From Candidatus Obscuribacterales bacterium (GTDB lineage Bacteria; Cyanobacteriota; Vampirovibrionia; Obscuribacterales; Obscuribacteraceae), in NCBI GenBank assembly GCA_965228855.1, contig CBDDIJ010000003.1, forward strand, positions 960,001 through 1,024,000: a stretch of DNA of 64,000 nucleotides. The letters run 5' to 3'. This document shows positions 47,661 through 57,751 of the stretch, one piece after another. Each line of letters begins with the position of its first letter. Positions within the stretch are counted from its first letter, which is position 1. A program made the position numbers and the translations under genes. The notes under the pieces are model-generated. The model made no database searches and had not been told where the DNA came from. It saw only the letters and a program-made list of their open reading frames with translations.

Positions 47661-49112
47661 ATGACGAAGAAAGCAAAAATCGGACTGGTTGGGCTCGGTG
47701 TGATGGGCGAGAACCTGGCGCTCAACATTGAACGCAACGGTTATCCGATTGCTGTCTACAACCGGAGTCCTGACAAAGTTGACGCGTTTATGAAAGAACG
47801 AGCCAAAGACAAGGATGTTATCGGTTGCAAGGACGTTAAAACGTTCGTCGATAGCCTGGAAACCCCTAGAAAAATTATTCTTCTAGTCAAAGCAGGTGCT
47901 CCCGTTGATAGCACGATCGACATGCTCAGACCATTCCTTGATGATGGCGACATTATCATTGACGGCGGCAACTCTCATTACGAAGACACGCGACGCCGCG
48001 AGAAAAGTTTGGCAATGGATGGCTTGCAACTGATAGGCTCCGGTGTCTCCGGCGGCGAAGAGGGCGCTCTCAACGGACCTTCACTCATGCCAGGTGGTAA
48101 CAAAGATGCTTACGAGCAGATTAGACCAATCTGGGAGGCTATCGCTGCAAAAGTTGATGACGGTCCATGCGTAACCTATCTTGGTCCCGACGGAGCCGGA
48201 CACTTTGTGAAGATGGTGCACAACGGTATCGAATACGGTGACATGCAATTGATCGCCGAGGTGTACGATATAATGCGGCGCGGTCTCGGTATGGAAGCTG
48301 ATGAGATCGCCGAAACTTTTAACGAGTGGAATGAGGAAAAGCTTGATTCATTCTTAATCGAAATCACCGCGAAGATACTCACAGTCACCGATCCGGAGAC
48401 AAAGAAGCCGCTTGTTGATTTGATCGTCGATAAAGCCGGACAGAAAGGTACTGGGCGCTGGACCTCACAAGTTGCACTGGAGCTTGGAGTGCCAGTCCCC
48501 ACAATAGACTCCGCACTTACTGCTCGTATGTTGTCTGCAATGAAAGATGAGCGAGTCGTAGCTTCGAAAACTCTGTCAGGCCCGGTACCAATCGTTGAAG
48601 AAGGTCTAGACAAGGAAGACTTCCTGGATTGTCTTTCTGAGGCACTCTACGCGAGCAAGGTTTGCAGTTACGCCCAGGGGATGGCACTTATCAGGGCCGG
48701 ATCCGACCACTATGAGTGGAATATCAACCTTGCCGAAACAGCCAGAATCTGGAAGGGTGGTTGCATAATCCGAGCTGAGCTTCTCGAAGAAATTCGTAAA
48801 GCTTACGCTGACAACCCGAAGCTCGCGAATTTGTTGATAGACCCGAACTTTGCTAAGTACATCGTTGAAGTTCAGCAGGACTGGCGCTATGTGATCGCGT
48901 TTGCGCAAAACAACGGAATTGCTGTTCCTGCTTTGTCGTCAAGTCTTGCCTATTTCGACATGTATCGCACCGAGCACTTGCCGCAAAATCTCACGCAAGC
49001 GCAACGCGACTTTTTCGGTGCCCATACATACGAGCGTCTGGACAAGCCGGAAGCTGGCTTTGTTCACACTGAGTGGGAAGACTTGGTCAAAGAGCGAGCC
49101 AAAAGCTCCTGA
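47661..49112 (+). CDS. gnd: NADP-dependent 6-phosphogluconate dehydrogenase
   Basis: GLGVMG, SGGEEGA, GHFVKMVHNGIEYGDMQ, QKGTG, QAQRDFFGAHTY. Confidence 0.97.
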   Translation: MTKKAKIGLVGLGVMGENLALNIERNGYPIAVYNRSPDKVDAFMKERAKDKDVIGCKDVKTFVDSLETPRKIILLVKAGAPVDSTIDMLRPFLDDGDIIIDGGNSHYEDTRRREKSLAMDGLQLIGSGVSGGEEGALNGPSLMPGGNKDAYEQIRPIWEAIAAKVDDGPCVTYLGPDGAGHFVKMVHNGIEYGDMQLIAEVYDIMRRGLGMEADEIAETFNEWNEEKLDSFLIEITAKILTVTDPETKKPLVDLIVDKAGQKGTGRWTSQVALELGVPVPTIDSALTARMLSAMKDERVVASKTLSGPVPIVEEGLDKEDFLDCLSEALYASKVCSYAQGMALIRAGSDHYEWNINLAETARIWKGGCIIRAELLEEIRKAYADNPKLANLLIDPNFAKYIVEVQQDWRYVIAFAQNNGIAVPALSSSLAYFDMYRTEHLPQNLTQAQRDFFGAHTYERLDKPEAGFVHTEWEDLVKERAKSS

Positions 49113-49120
49113 GCCGTCCG

Positions 49121-52100
49121 TTAAAAATCTACGCCTTCTTCAGGTTCCGCTGTGCGAAACTCCCCCGGGTCAGTCGGCTTAACGCCCTCCTCCGGTTTGC
49201 GTTCTCGCGGTTTTGCGATTCCCGATCCTTCGCCTGTCTCATTTGATTCTAAACCGATATCGGTTGAGGAATCTTCCCAAGGCGATGACGTTTGATTTGA
49301 ATCTTGTGAACCGGGGGCGAGGCGAGATTTTGACGACTCGGGCTGCTTTTGGTTGTCTGACGTGGAAGGCTTGCTAAAAATATTTTGCAGAGCTTGAAAT
49401 TTTGCCTGCACATCAGTTGGATTTGAAACAAAATACCAGGCGGACAGGCAGAATGTGAGAACCACCGAGACCACGACAATCATCGCGATTGAAACCCAAT
49501 TGGAGGTCGGCGGTGGAGGAGTTGCTTGCTGCTGACGTCGTCTTAGATCCAGCGGAGCCGGTTGTGTCTCCTCGTCAGTGGTGCTTATGCTGTCGGGCTC
49601 GTTCAGAGCGGGTTGTAATGAGCCTGGGCTTGTCATGGCTCGAATCTCTTCCTTCTCATCAAATGACAATTTGGGAAGCCCTGTTCCAAGCGCATTCAGT
49701 TCTGCAGAGGTTTGAACTTCGAAATTTGTTTGAGGGTCTGATGGGCTTGCCAGAAGATCTCGGACCGGGCGACGCTCTTCCATCTTCTTTTGATCCGCGC
49801 TCCAGGTGTCGCTTGTTTCCTCCTGAGTCGTCTTCTGATGAGTGCCGGAACTCGTCGACGCTGCTTGAGCCGCCGCTGCTGCTGCTGCGCTTCCTCGCCA
49901 TGCGTCGCCTGTCTGACTCTGACGATGACGTTCCGAGCCGCCCCAGGGCTGCGTTCCGCTAGATGCTCGAGAGGGATTCTGAAGGTCTGCTGCAGTCTGC
50001 GAGTCAGAACTTTGACCCGGTACTGATTCCGATTGACTTTCGCCCCAGCCTGGAATGTGTTGTTGCTGCTCCTTCGCCCAGGCTTCGTTCTCCTTGTTCT
50101 CGCCCCAGGAGTCACTGTGCTCGTCGATTGCATCAGTAGATTCCGTCGCCCATTGAAATGGAACGGGTTCGCTTGAGGCTGGACCGCTCGCGATTCCAAG
50201 CAGCTTATCGACATCCAGCTCTGAGACGGGGCAGCGTTGTAATTCAACTGGAAGATCCTCGTTGGGCAAATCCATTTGTACGCACTTGAGCCAGAAATGC
50301 AGTGCCGTTTTAAACTCTTGCGCACTTTGCCACCGTTTATCCGGATGCGTTTGCAGAGCCTTTTGCAGAATTTGATCAAGCATCTTGGTTTTTGGCAACT
50401 GAACTTCCATCTCTGCCAATGGTTTAGGCTTAATGTTCTCGTTGCAGTGCGCTGCCATCACATTGATTAATGTGCCTTTCGAATACGGCGGCGTGCCCGT
50501 CACCGACTCGTACAACAGGACGCCAAGAGAATACAGGTCGGAGCGCGTCGAAAGCAATTTGCCGGAGCATTGCTCGGGACTCATGTAGATAGGCGATCCT
50601 AGCGCTTGTCCAACATGTGTCAATCGCTGCATGTCACCTTGCACTTTGGCGATACCAAAGTCCAGAATTTTTACGACCATGTCGTTGTCGATTTCTTTGA
50701 TCAGAATTATGTTGCCGGTTTTCAGGTCTCTATGGATGAGACCGCCTGCATGCGCATAATCTAACGCGTCCAAAATCTGTGAAAGAATATCGACGATATT
50801 TTCGGGCTCTTCCAGCTTACCGAGTGCGCGAATGATTTCTTGAAGACTGATTCCGCGAACCCTCTCCATCACCAGGAACAATTGATCGCGCGCGCTGAAA
50901 GAGTCGATGTAACCGACGATGTTTTTGTGATCGAGCTGCGAATGTGTTTTGATTTCTTGTGAAAAACGCAGTACGTCTTGCGGGTTAGGTGAACGCAAAG
51001 TCTTGATGGCGACTAGCCTTCCTGTAGCAATTTGTTTTGCGCGATAGACGATCGCCATTCCGCCTTGACCAATCACATCTAAAACTTCATAACTATGAGC
51101 GAGTACCGTTCCGACTAGCGGATCGGTCGAGTATGTTGGAATCGCCGGTCTTTCTGGCGTTTCAGCGTGCCGGACAATCTGTTGGACAGTCGGCTGGGTC
51201 TTCGGCGCTGGCTGTTTCTGTTCGTCGTCGGTAAGACGCTCTGAGTTTGCCGGCAAAACGAACGGTGCAAGCTCGTATATGCTGTCAGTCGACCTGAAGT
51301 CCTGGAGCACATCTTCTTCGTCGTACTCGTAATCGTCCGACTTCTCCCTGTCCTCATCCTGATTCCCTTCGGTGAGCTGGAGACTACCTGCTCCAATGAA
51401 AATCTGGTCGATATCAGCCGTGGCGATGCCAATTCTGTTCACGTCAAATGGCTCAGCATCAGGCGGTTCGAAATTAGATTGTCCGGTTTCTACTTCACTT
51501 AAGATAGACTCGCTCAGCGACGTCTCTCCACTGGTTTGGAATTCGGTTTCAGTTTCTAAGATCGCCTCAGAAAGCGAGGCGCCGACCGGCATCTCTTCCT
51601 CGCCGCCTTCCAGACCCGGATTCCCCCATGGTAGTATCTGTGGTGCGTCGCTCTGCTCAGGCTGTTCCCCGGTAACAAATGCCATAGGGTCTATTCTCTG
51701 CTCACCCGTGATGTAAGCTTCGGCTCCGGCATCCTGCGAGTACAAAGGAGTAGGTATGGAGTGCTTCCCTGTCGTGAAGCCGGGAACGGGCTGGTCCGTC
51801 TCGTCAAATCCTGAAGTATTATGCTCTGCTGTGATTCGACCACTTTCGAAAATATCATTTTGATGACCAGACTTTTCTGATGTCTCCTGTATTTCTGAGT
51901 TGTCGTGCTCTGAAATTTCCGGTTCATTTCCGATCCGACCGTGCTCGGCAATATCCTGTTCACCCGTTATCGCACCGTGCGTTTCAGCCGGCGCATTGCC
52001 ACCTGAGCTTTCTTTTTTAAGCCAATCGGCGGTCTCTCCCTCGTTGGCTGTGGCACCAGATGCGGTGGCGAATGTTTTCTCGATTTGCTCGGCGTCGGAA

Positions 52101-53707
52101 ATTGATGCCGATTCCTCCGGAAAATCGTCGTCCCCATCACTAAAAAGATTTCCGACCGTGTTGGGATGGAACGTCGGTGAGTGCTCGTTTCCAGAGTCCG
52201 CACTTTTGGAAACGCTTACATCGTCCGTGCCTTCGACACCGACCAGCGCCGTTTCATTCGGCGGCGCGAACTGGTTTTTACTGTCATCGCTTAATTCAAA
52301 TGCTCTGCCGGCGGCATGGGACTTCTGCTCTCCCGATTGCTCTGCCCATCCGGACTCTTCCCATGAACTTTTTCCGGCTGCGTCTTCCCAGCCCGTTTGC
52401 TCCGACCATCGATCTTGTCTGGAGTTTACTTCCTCCCAGCCAGTGGGCTCTTCCCAGGAGCCTGCTGAATTATTCTCTCTGTCGGCATTGAGACCGGATG
52501 TTTCCACCGCTTCGATCTGACTGTTCGACGACGATTCCGCCGGCTCTGCTCTTGGCTGCGAGTCTGCAAAACTGCTTTCAGGAAAGCGCGCCTGAGTCTC
52601 TGTGGTGAAAGGGGCTGCAATGTTCAAACCGACTGAGATGGCATCGGACTCATCTGGTCCGGACTGTACGATGCTCAACGTCTGCGGCTCTGCGTCTCCA
52701 GAACCGGAGCTTGACGCCGCCATTTCGGCTGGCGGTTCCGTCTGTCCCGGCGAACTCTGGTCAGATTTTTCAGTCTCTGGCGAAGACTCTGCTTTCCGGG
52801 CTGGAGGCGTGTTTTTTTGCGATTTGAATTTATCAAATTTGATCGGTGACAGTTTCTGGCTCACACGATTCGGATCGTATGTAGGCCTTCTTGTCGGCAT
52901 TAGTTTCTGGTCCTCAGCGACGACCACGACAGGATCGAGTTCGTAGACGCTGTTTTCCGGAAAGAAATTGCCTGTATCGCTTCCGTTCCCGGTTTCTTGT
53001 TGTTGTAACGCCAGAGTCTCTTTTGCGTCGCCGACTTTCCGTACTTCCCCTTGTTGCACGGAGGGTTCTGCATCCTGCTCCGTCGGTTGCTGGACCTGTT
53101 CCTGGCTATTTGCCGTACCTTCTTCGACCTCTTCGACCTCTTCGGCACTCAACTCCGCTCGGGCCTGTTCAATTCTGCTTTGCGCGGCTTTGGAGTTGTC
53201 AATCCGGTTTTTAAGAATGCTGTCCTGAGCAATTTTGGCTTGCTCCTGCGTTGCTCTGACCTTTTGTACCTGGATCTTCGCCTTCAAACGACTGCCGCGC
53301 GGCGGAAGACCGGTTGTAGAAGAAGTCTCAGGAATTTGTGCTGGAGTTAAATCCGAGAGCTCTGAAGGTGTCGATCTCTCTGTCGCGTCAGCAGAATCAA
53401 TGCCGCCAACGTCGTTTGTTGACTGTTCTTCGGCTTCCACAGACGTTGCTGGTGTTTCGGATTCAGGTGGAACAGACGCCGAAAGTTCAGAAGAAGGTTC
53501 AGAAGAAGATTCAGAAGAAGATTCAGGCTCATCCTCCTCATTCGTGTCGGGCGATAAACGAATGTCATCAGGAACAACGATCGGAGCGAGATCGTACACA
53601 CTGTTTTCCGGAAACAGATACACAGGCAATTTCTGCTCAGCAGCTTGATCCTTAGCTGAGCCAGCTGATTCCTGTTCGTCTTTTTTCGACTCGTCGTCGT
53701 TGGGCAT
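49121..53707 (-). CDS. 1528-aa Ser/Thr protein kinase with ~860-aa acidic disordered N-terminus and a C-terminal TM helix
   Basis: GQGGMA, VAIK, HRDLKTGN, DFG and GSPIYMSPEQ motifs; TM WVSIAMIVVVSVVLTFCLSAWYF; E/S/D/P-rich flanks. Confidence 0.9.
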   Translation of the reverse strand: MPNDDESKKDEQESAGSAKDQAAEQKLPVYLFPENSVYDLAPIVVPDDIRLSPDTNEEDEPESSSESSSEPSSELSASVPPESETPATSVEAEEQSTNDVGGIDSADATERSTPSELSDLTPAQIPETSSTTGLPPRGSRLKAKIQVQKVRATQEQAKIAQDSILKNRIDNSKAAQSRIEQARAELSAEEVEEVEEGTANSQEQVQQPTEQDAEPSVQQGEVRKVGDAKETLALQQQETGNGSDTGNFFPENSVYELDPVVVVAEDQKLMPTRRPTYDPNRVSQKLSPIKFDKFKSQKNTPPARKAESSPETEKSDQSSPGQTEPPAEMAASSSGSGDAEPQTLSIVQSGPDESDAISVGLNIAAPFTTETQARFPESSFADSQPRAEPAESSSNSQIEAVETSGLNADRENNSAGSWEEPTGWEEVNSRQDRWSEQTGWEDAAGKSSWEESGWAEQSGEQKSHAAGRAFELSDDSKNQFAPPNETALVGVEGTDDVSVSKSADSGNEHSPTFHPNTVGNLFSDGDDDFPEESASISDAEQIEKTFATASGATANEGETADWLKKESSGGNAPAETHGAITGEQDIAEHGRIGNEPEISEHDNSEIQETSEKSGHQNDIFESGRITAEHNTSGFDETDQPVPGFTTGKHSIPTPLYSQDAGAEAYITGEQRIDPMAFVTGEQPEQSDAPQILPWGNPGLEGGEEEMPVGASLSEAILETETEFQTSGETSLSESILSEVETGQSNFEPPDAEPFDVNRIGIATADIDQIFIGAGSLQLTEGNQDEDREKSDDYEYDEEDVLQDFRSTDSIYELAPFVLPANSERLTDDEQKQPAPKTQPTVQQIVRHAETPERPAIPTYSTDPLVGTVLAHSYEVLDVIGQGGMAIVYRAKQIATGRLVAIKTLRSPNPQDVLRFSQEIKTHSQLDHKNIVGYIDSFSARDQLFLVMERVRGISLQEIIRALGKLEEPENIVDILSQILDALDYAHAGGLIHRDLKTGNIILIKEIDNDMVVKILDFGIAKVQGDMQRLTHVGQALGSPIYMSPEQCSGKLLSTRSDLYSLGVLLYESVTGTPPYSKGTLINVMAAHCNENIKPKPLAEMEVQLPKTKMLDQILQKALQTHPDKRWQSAQEFKTALHFWLKCVQMDLPNEDLPVELQRCPVSELDVDKLLGIASGPASSEPVPFQWATESTDAIDEHSDSWGENKENEAWAKEQQQHIPGWGESQSESVPGQSSDSQTAADLQNPSRASSGTQPWGGSERHRQSQTGDAWRGSAAAAAAAQAASTSSGTHQKTTQEETSDTWSADQKKMEERRPVRDLLASPSDPQTNFEVQTSAELNALGTGLPKLSFDEKEEIRAMTSPGSLQPALNEPDSISTTDEETQPAPLDLRRRQQQATPPPPTSNWVSIAMIVVVSVVLTFCLSAWYFVSNPTDVQAKFQALQNIFSKPSTSDNQKQPESSKSRLAPGSQDSNQTSSPWEDSSTDIGLESNETGEGSGIAKPRERKPEEGVKPTDPGEFRTAEPEEGVDF
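49250..49267. repeat. Palindromic REP-like element, copy 8 (inside a CDS)
   Basis: TAAACCGATATCGGTTGA within the 3' end of the kinase gene, read as STDIGL. Confidence 0.7.
53486..53526. repeat. 12-bp tandem repeat in the kinase N-terminus
   Basis: TTCAGAAGAAG(G/A) three times plus a partial copy, encoding ESSS/EPSS units. Confidence 0.8.
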
Positions 53708-53973
53708 TGCGCGTCAAAAACGGACCTGAAGAGGTGTCTAATCTCTTTTACACCTGATATATACGTTTGAAACTCTCCAACACCTAGCGCTGGGCGTACT
53801 TGACTCCTGTAAAATCCGTCGTGAAACTGTTCGCGCTTCTCAAGTGTCGAACCGCCTTGCTCCACCAAAGAGAATGGCGAGAGCGAAAACTTTTTTTGGG
53901 GTAGATTGCGCGCTTCGTCTCTTACTCGCTTGTTCTGATAAACTGAAATCGCAAGCCGCGAATCGAACCTTAA

Positions 53974-54852
53974 ATGCCAACCTTCAGCCTCACCGCGATT
54001 AATCTAGGCGGATTTCAAATCGGGGAATCCGACAAAGTGATTTCAATGTTTTCGGCTGAGCGAGGCCTGGTCCGTGCTGTAGCAAAGGGTGCCAAAAAGC
54101 CCGGCACTAAAATGTCCGGCAAATCTGAGGCTCTGTGCGCGAATAAATTGCTGATTGCCAAAGGCCGTTCTCTGGATATAATCACGCAGGCTGAGTCTAT
54201 AGAGACCTTCCGGAAAGTTAGGACAGATTTGACGCGCTTGACCTTCTGCCTCTACTACGCGGAATTGACTGCGGCGTTCGGAGAAGGGCTTGAGGAGGAG
54301 AGCGAGGTTTATTACCACGTATTGTTAAACTCCCTGCGAATGCAAGAAGCGCTTGTCTCTGATGCTCGTCAGCTGTCCCTGGAATTTTCGATGTTTCTGC
54401 TGAAACAGCTCGGCGTGACGCCTGAACTTACTGTTTGCGTCCGATGCCGCCAACCACTGACCGAATACAGCATCGCTGCATTTTATTCGGAAACCGGTGG
54501 CATCGGCTGCAATCGATGTGGTCAAGATTCTCGCAGCAAAAGTATCGTTTCGGAAGCCTCTGCGAAAGGTCAGTATTCATCGGACTTTCGGAAGAAGCGC
54601 GACGAAGACGTCGACCATTATGAGGAACGTGGTACGTTCGTAACCCCGCTTGTGTGGAAGATGTTGGTAAATGCCGATGTCGCCTCCGACGATTTGATCG
54701 ATCCCGGTACCGACTTGAAGGCGCGCCGCCGACCTGACTACTCCGAAGCTCAGGCTCCTGCACTGGACGCCGCCCATCGGCTTGTGCAGCGTTATCTGGA
54801 AGATCGCGCCGGTAAGAAGATGCGTACACTCGACTTGCTTAAACAACTCTGA
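53974..54852 (+). CDS. recO: DNA repair protein RecO
   Basis: GESDKVISMFSAERGLVRAVAKGAKK OB fold, LDIITQAE, and the CVRC...CNRC zinc finger. Confidence 0.93.
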   Translation: MPTFSLTAINLGGFQIGESDKVISMFSAERGLVRAVAKGAKKPGTKMSGKSEALCANKLLIAKGRSLDIITQAESIETFRKVRTDLTRLTFCLYYAELTAAFGEGLEEESEVYYHVLLNSLRMQEALVSDARQLSLEFSMFLLKQLGVTPELTVCVRCRQPLTEYSIAAFYSETGGIGCNRCGQDSRSKSIVSEASAKGQYSSDFRKKRDEDVDHYEERGTFVTPLVWKMLVNADVASDDLIDPGTDLKARRRPDYSEAQAPALDAAHRLVQRYLEDRAGKKMRTLDLLKQL

Positions 54853-55042
54853 CGTTTACCAAACAAAGACTCCGAACAGTCAATCGAACGGAACAGCTTA
54901 GTTTGACTGCCTAACCCAATCTTTACCAAGATGAGACAGGTTTTCCCTTTGCATCCCGCAAACACGCGGACTTCGAGCGTATGCTCAAATGAAAAAACAG
55001 CTAAAATACTTAGGCAGTGTTGTGCCAGGCTGGAGGTTACCC

Positions 55043-56299
55043 GTGGGCTTTCTCAAAGACAGTGATCCGGAGCTTTTTAAGGCGATTTCGCATGAGCTCG
55101 AGAGACAACAAAATTCCATCGAGCTCATCGCCAGTGAAAACTTCGTAAGCGAAGCGGTACTCGAAGCACAGGGGTCGGTGCTGACTAACAAATACGCAGA
55201 AGGTCTGCCCCATAAGCGTTATTACGGCGGATGCGAGTTTGTCGATGACGTGGAGAATATCGCTATCGAGCGCATTAAGCGTTTATTCAATGCTCCGCAC
55301 GCGAATGTGCAACCTCACAGCGGTGCGCAAGCGAATATGGCTGTTGAGTTCGCTATGCTCAAGCCCGGTGATACCACAATGGGGATGGCGCTCGATCAGG
55401 GCGGTCACTTGACTCATGGGTCCCCCGTCAATATGTCGGGCAAGTGGTTCAACGCTCAATTCTATGGTATCAATCCCGATACCGGTCGGATCGACTACGA
55501 CGAAGTCGAGAAACGCGCTTCGGAAGTTAAACCGAAATTGATCGTCTGCGGAGCCTCTAATTATTCGCGCATTATCGACTTTGAAAGAATGCGTAAAATT
55601 GCCGACAAAGTTGGCGCATACCTGCTCGCCGATATAGCTCACATTGCCGGTCTGGTTGTCGCGGGCGTCCATCCAAGCCCATTTCCACATGCCCACTTCG
55701 TGACCACAACTACGCACAAGACTCTGCGTGGTCCCAGAGGTGGTGTAATCATGTGTCAGGAGGAGTTCGCCAAAGAGATCGATAAGGCCGTTTTCCCTGG
55801 TATACAGGGCGGACCCTTGATGCACGTTATTGCCGCAAAAGCGGCCGCTTTCGGTGAGGCGTTGAAGCCAGAATTTAAGCAGTATCAGGAGCGCATCGTC
55901 GAAAACGCTGGCGTTCTGGCGAAGACTTTGATGGCAAACGGTCTCGACATCGTATCTGGTGGCACGGACAATCACCTCATGACTGTAGATCTTCGTCCAA
56001 TTAAAATGACCGGCAAGAAAGCATCGAGCGTCCTTGAAAGTGTCAATATAACAGTTAATAAGAACGCTGTGCCTAATGATCCGGAGAAGCCGATGGTAAC
56101 CAGCGGGATCCGCGTGGGAACCCCGGCTGCCACCACACGCGGTATGACGGCAGGAGAGATGGAAGTAATTGGCAAGCTCATCGCGGACGTTCTCAAAGCT
56201 CCGGAAGATGAAGCTCTGAAAGAGCAGACTCGTAAACAGGTGTCTGAATTGTGTAACCGTTTCCCTCTCTACAAGGAGAGAGCTGTCGGGGTCAGGTAA
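55043..56299 (+). CDS. glyA: Serine hydroxymethyltransferase
   Basis: [52 protein letters not shown] 55043 follows GGAGG; the ORF extends to 54989. Confidence 0.97.
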   Translation: MGFLKDSDPELFKAISHELERQQNSIELIASENFVSEAVLEAQGSVLTNKYAEGLPHKRYYGGCEFVDDVENIAIERIKRLFNAPHANVQPHSGAQANMAVEFAMLKPGDTTMGMALDQGGHLTHGSPVNMSGKWFNAQFYGINPDTGRIDYDEVEKRASEVKPKLIVCGASNYSRIIDFERMRKIADKVGAYLLADIAHIAGLVVAGVHPSPFPHAHFVTTTTHKTLRGPRGGVIMCQEEFAKEIDKAVFPGIQGGPLMHVIAAKAAAFGEALKPEFKQYQERIVENAGVLAKTLMANGLDIVSGGTDNHLMTVDLRPIKMTGKKASSVLESVNITVNKNAVPNDPEKPMVTSGIRVGTPAATTRGMTAGEMEVIGKLIADVLKAPEDEALKEQTRKQVSELCNRFPLYKERAVGVR

Positions 56300-57751
56300 T
56301 TGGTTGAACAAAGTAAGGCTGTATCTACGATGGTCGGTGAGCAGGGCGAAGTTAAATTGACGAGCGAATCCGACTTTGATTCGCAAGTCGTCAAAGAGGT
56401 TTCATCCGAAAGCGCTCGCGCTTCGATGGAGCCCGCCGGCGGTCCCCCAGCAAGTGCCCAGTCTCGCACGACGCCCCATACAGCCGTGCCTCCCAAACGG
56501 TCAGGAAGGTCGATGTTAGTTCGTTCACTACAACTTGCTCTTTTTCTTTTCGGTCTTGCCTGGGCTGCGTTTTATTGCCCTCATGGGCATCTTGATGCGA
56601 TGCAAATCCCAGGGTTTCTCATCGCTATGTCGATCAGCTGGTGGCTCACACCTGAGATTAGATCGAGGGCTTTGAACCTGGGTTTGGTCGACAAGCCCGG
56701 CGAAGAACGTCGCATTCATAAAGTGCCGATTCCCCGTCTGGGCGGCGTAGCAATCTTCATTAGTATTCTGATTACGGTGGCCGCGCTGATCGCGATAGCC
56801 GGAAAGCTTCCCAATGAGGCTCGCCGAATCGAGGGTCTGGCTGGTATCGCTGTCGGTGGCACACTGGTTTTCGTGCTCGGTCTTCTCGATGACCTTGAAT
56901 CGCTGCGGGCCCGAATGAAATTCATCGTTCAAATCCTGGCCGCCTGCGCCGCTTATTCTCTCGGCGTGAGAATCAAATCTATTCCCATCCCAGCCAATAT
57001 GAACTTTGATATCGGTATTCTCGCGATTCATGGCGGTGTGCCGATCGAACTCGGCTGGTTCAGCCTCCCGATCACTGTGCTCTGGCTGGTCGGCGTCGCC
57101 AACGCGGTAAACTTGATTGACGGTATGGATGGACTGGCGGCTGGTGTTTCGGCAATTTCTGCTCTCACGATCTGGAGTGTAGCACTCGGGATGAGTATCG
57201 ACCGACCTTATGCGGCCCTAATCGCTGCAATTTTAGCTGGAGCATTGTTCGGCTTCCTCCGCTGGAACTTCAATCCCGCCCGCATTTTCCTGGGCGACTC
57301 AGGCGCGTACCTCGTTGGTTTCATCCTTGGTGCGATCTCAATCACAGGCGTCATCAAGGGCGCTGCGGCTGCAACTGTGATCGTTCCAACCGTTCTCCTC
57401 GTCGTGCTCATCCTGTTTTTCCCGCTGCTCGACACTTCATGGGCGATCGTGCGCCGGATGGCGGCAAGACGATCCATCTTCTCGCCTGACGCCGGTCACA
57501 TTCACCATCGCCTGCTGCGCGCCGGTTTTTCTCAGAAGAAAGTTGCATATTTGATTTACGGAGCCTCCGGAATCCTTGGTCTGATTGCCGCTTACCTCGT
57601 TGATCAACACTGGTATTTCCTGAGTATCGCCGGTGCCGTGCTCGTGATGGCAATCTTCTTTGCTGAGGTGCTGAATAAGCATCGCCAGCGCGGTAAGGCC
57701 CTATCTAGCGACCCTGACGGTCCCGACACTCCTTCGCCAAGTGAAACGTAA
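56300..57751 (+). CDS. MraY/WecA/TagO family undecaprenyl-phosphate GlcNAc-1-phosphate transferase
   Basis: RIHKVPIPRLGGVAIF, GLLDD, NAVNLIDGMDGLA, FNPARIFLGDSGA, and the WecA-type HIHHRL motif. Confidence 0.9.
   Translation: MVEQSKAVSTMVGEQGEVKLTSESDFDSQVVKEVSSESARASMEPAGGPPASAQSRTTPHTAVPPKRSGRSMLVRSLQLALFLFGLAWAAFYCPHGHLDAMQIPGFLIAMSISWWLTPEIRSRALNLGLVDKPGEERRIHKVPIPRLGGVAIFISILITVAALIAIAGKLPNEARRIEGLAGIAVGGTLVFVLGLLDDLESLRARMKFIVQILAACAAYSLGVRIKSIPIPANMNFDIGILAIHGGVPIELGWFSLPITVLWLVGVANAVNLIDGMDGLAAGVSAISALTIWSVALGMSIDRPYAALIAAILAGALFGFLRWNFNPARIFLGDSGAYLVGFILGAISITGVIKGAAAATVIVPTVLLVVLILFFPLLDTSWAIVRRMAARRSIFSPDAGHIHHRLLRAGFSQKKVAYLIYGASGILGLIAAYLVDQHWYFLSIAGAVLVMAIFFAEVLNKHRQRGKALSSDPDGPDTPSPSET

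Noticed and set aside
24122..49267. Palindromic repeats as a CRISPR array
   Set aside because: Copies are kilobases apart, with no regular spacers and no cas genes.
55283..56386. 367-aa ORF antisense to glyA
   Set aside because: Shadow frame of a highly conserved gene, with no recognisable motifs.
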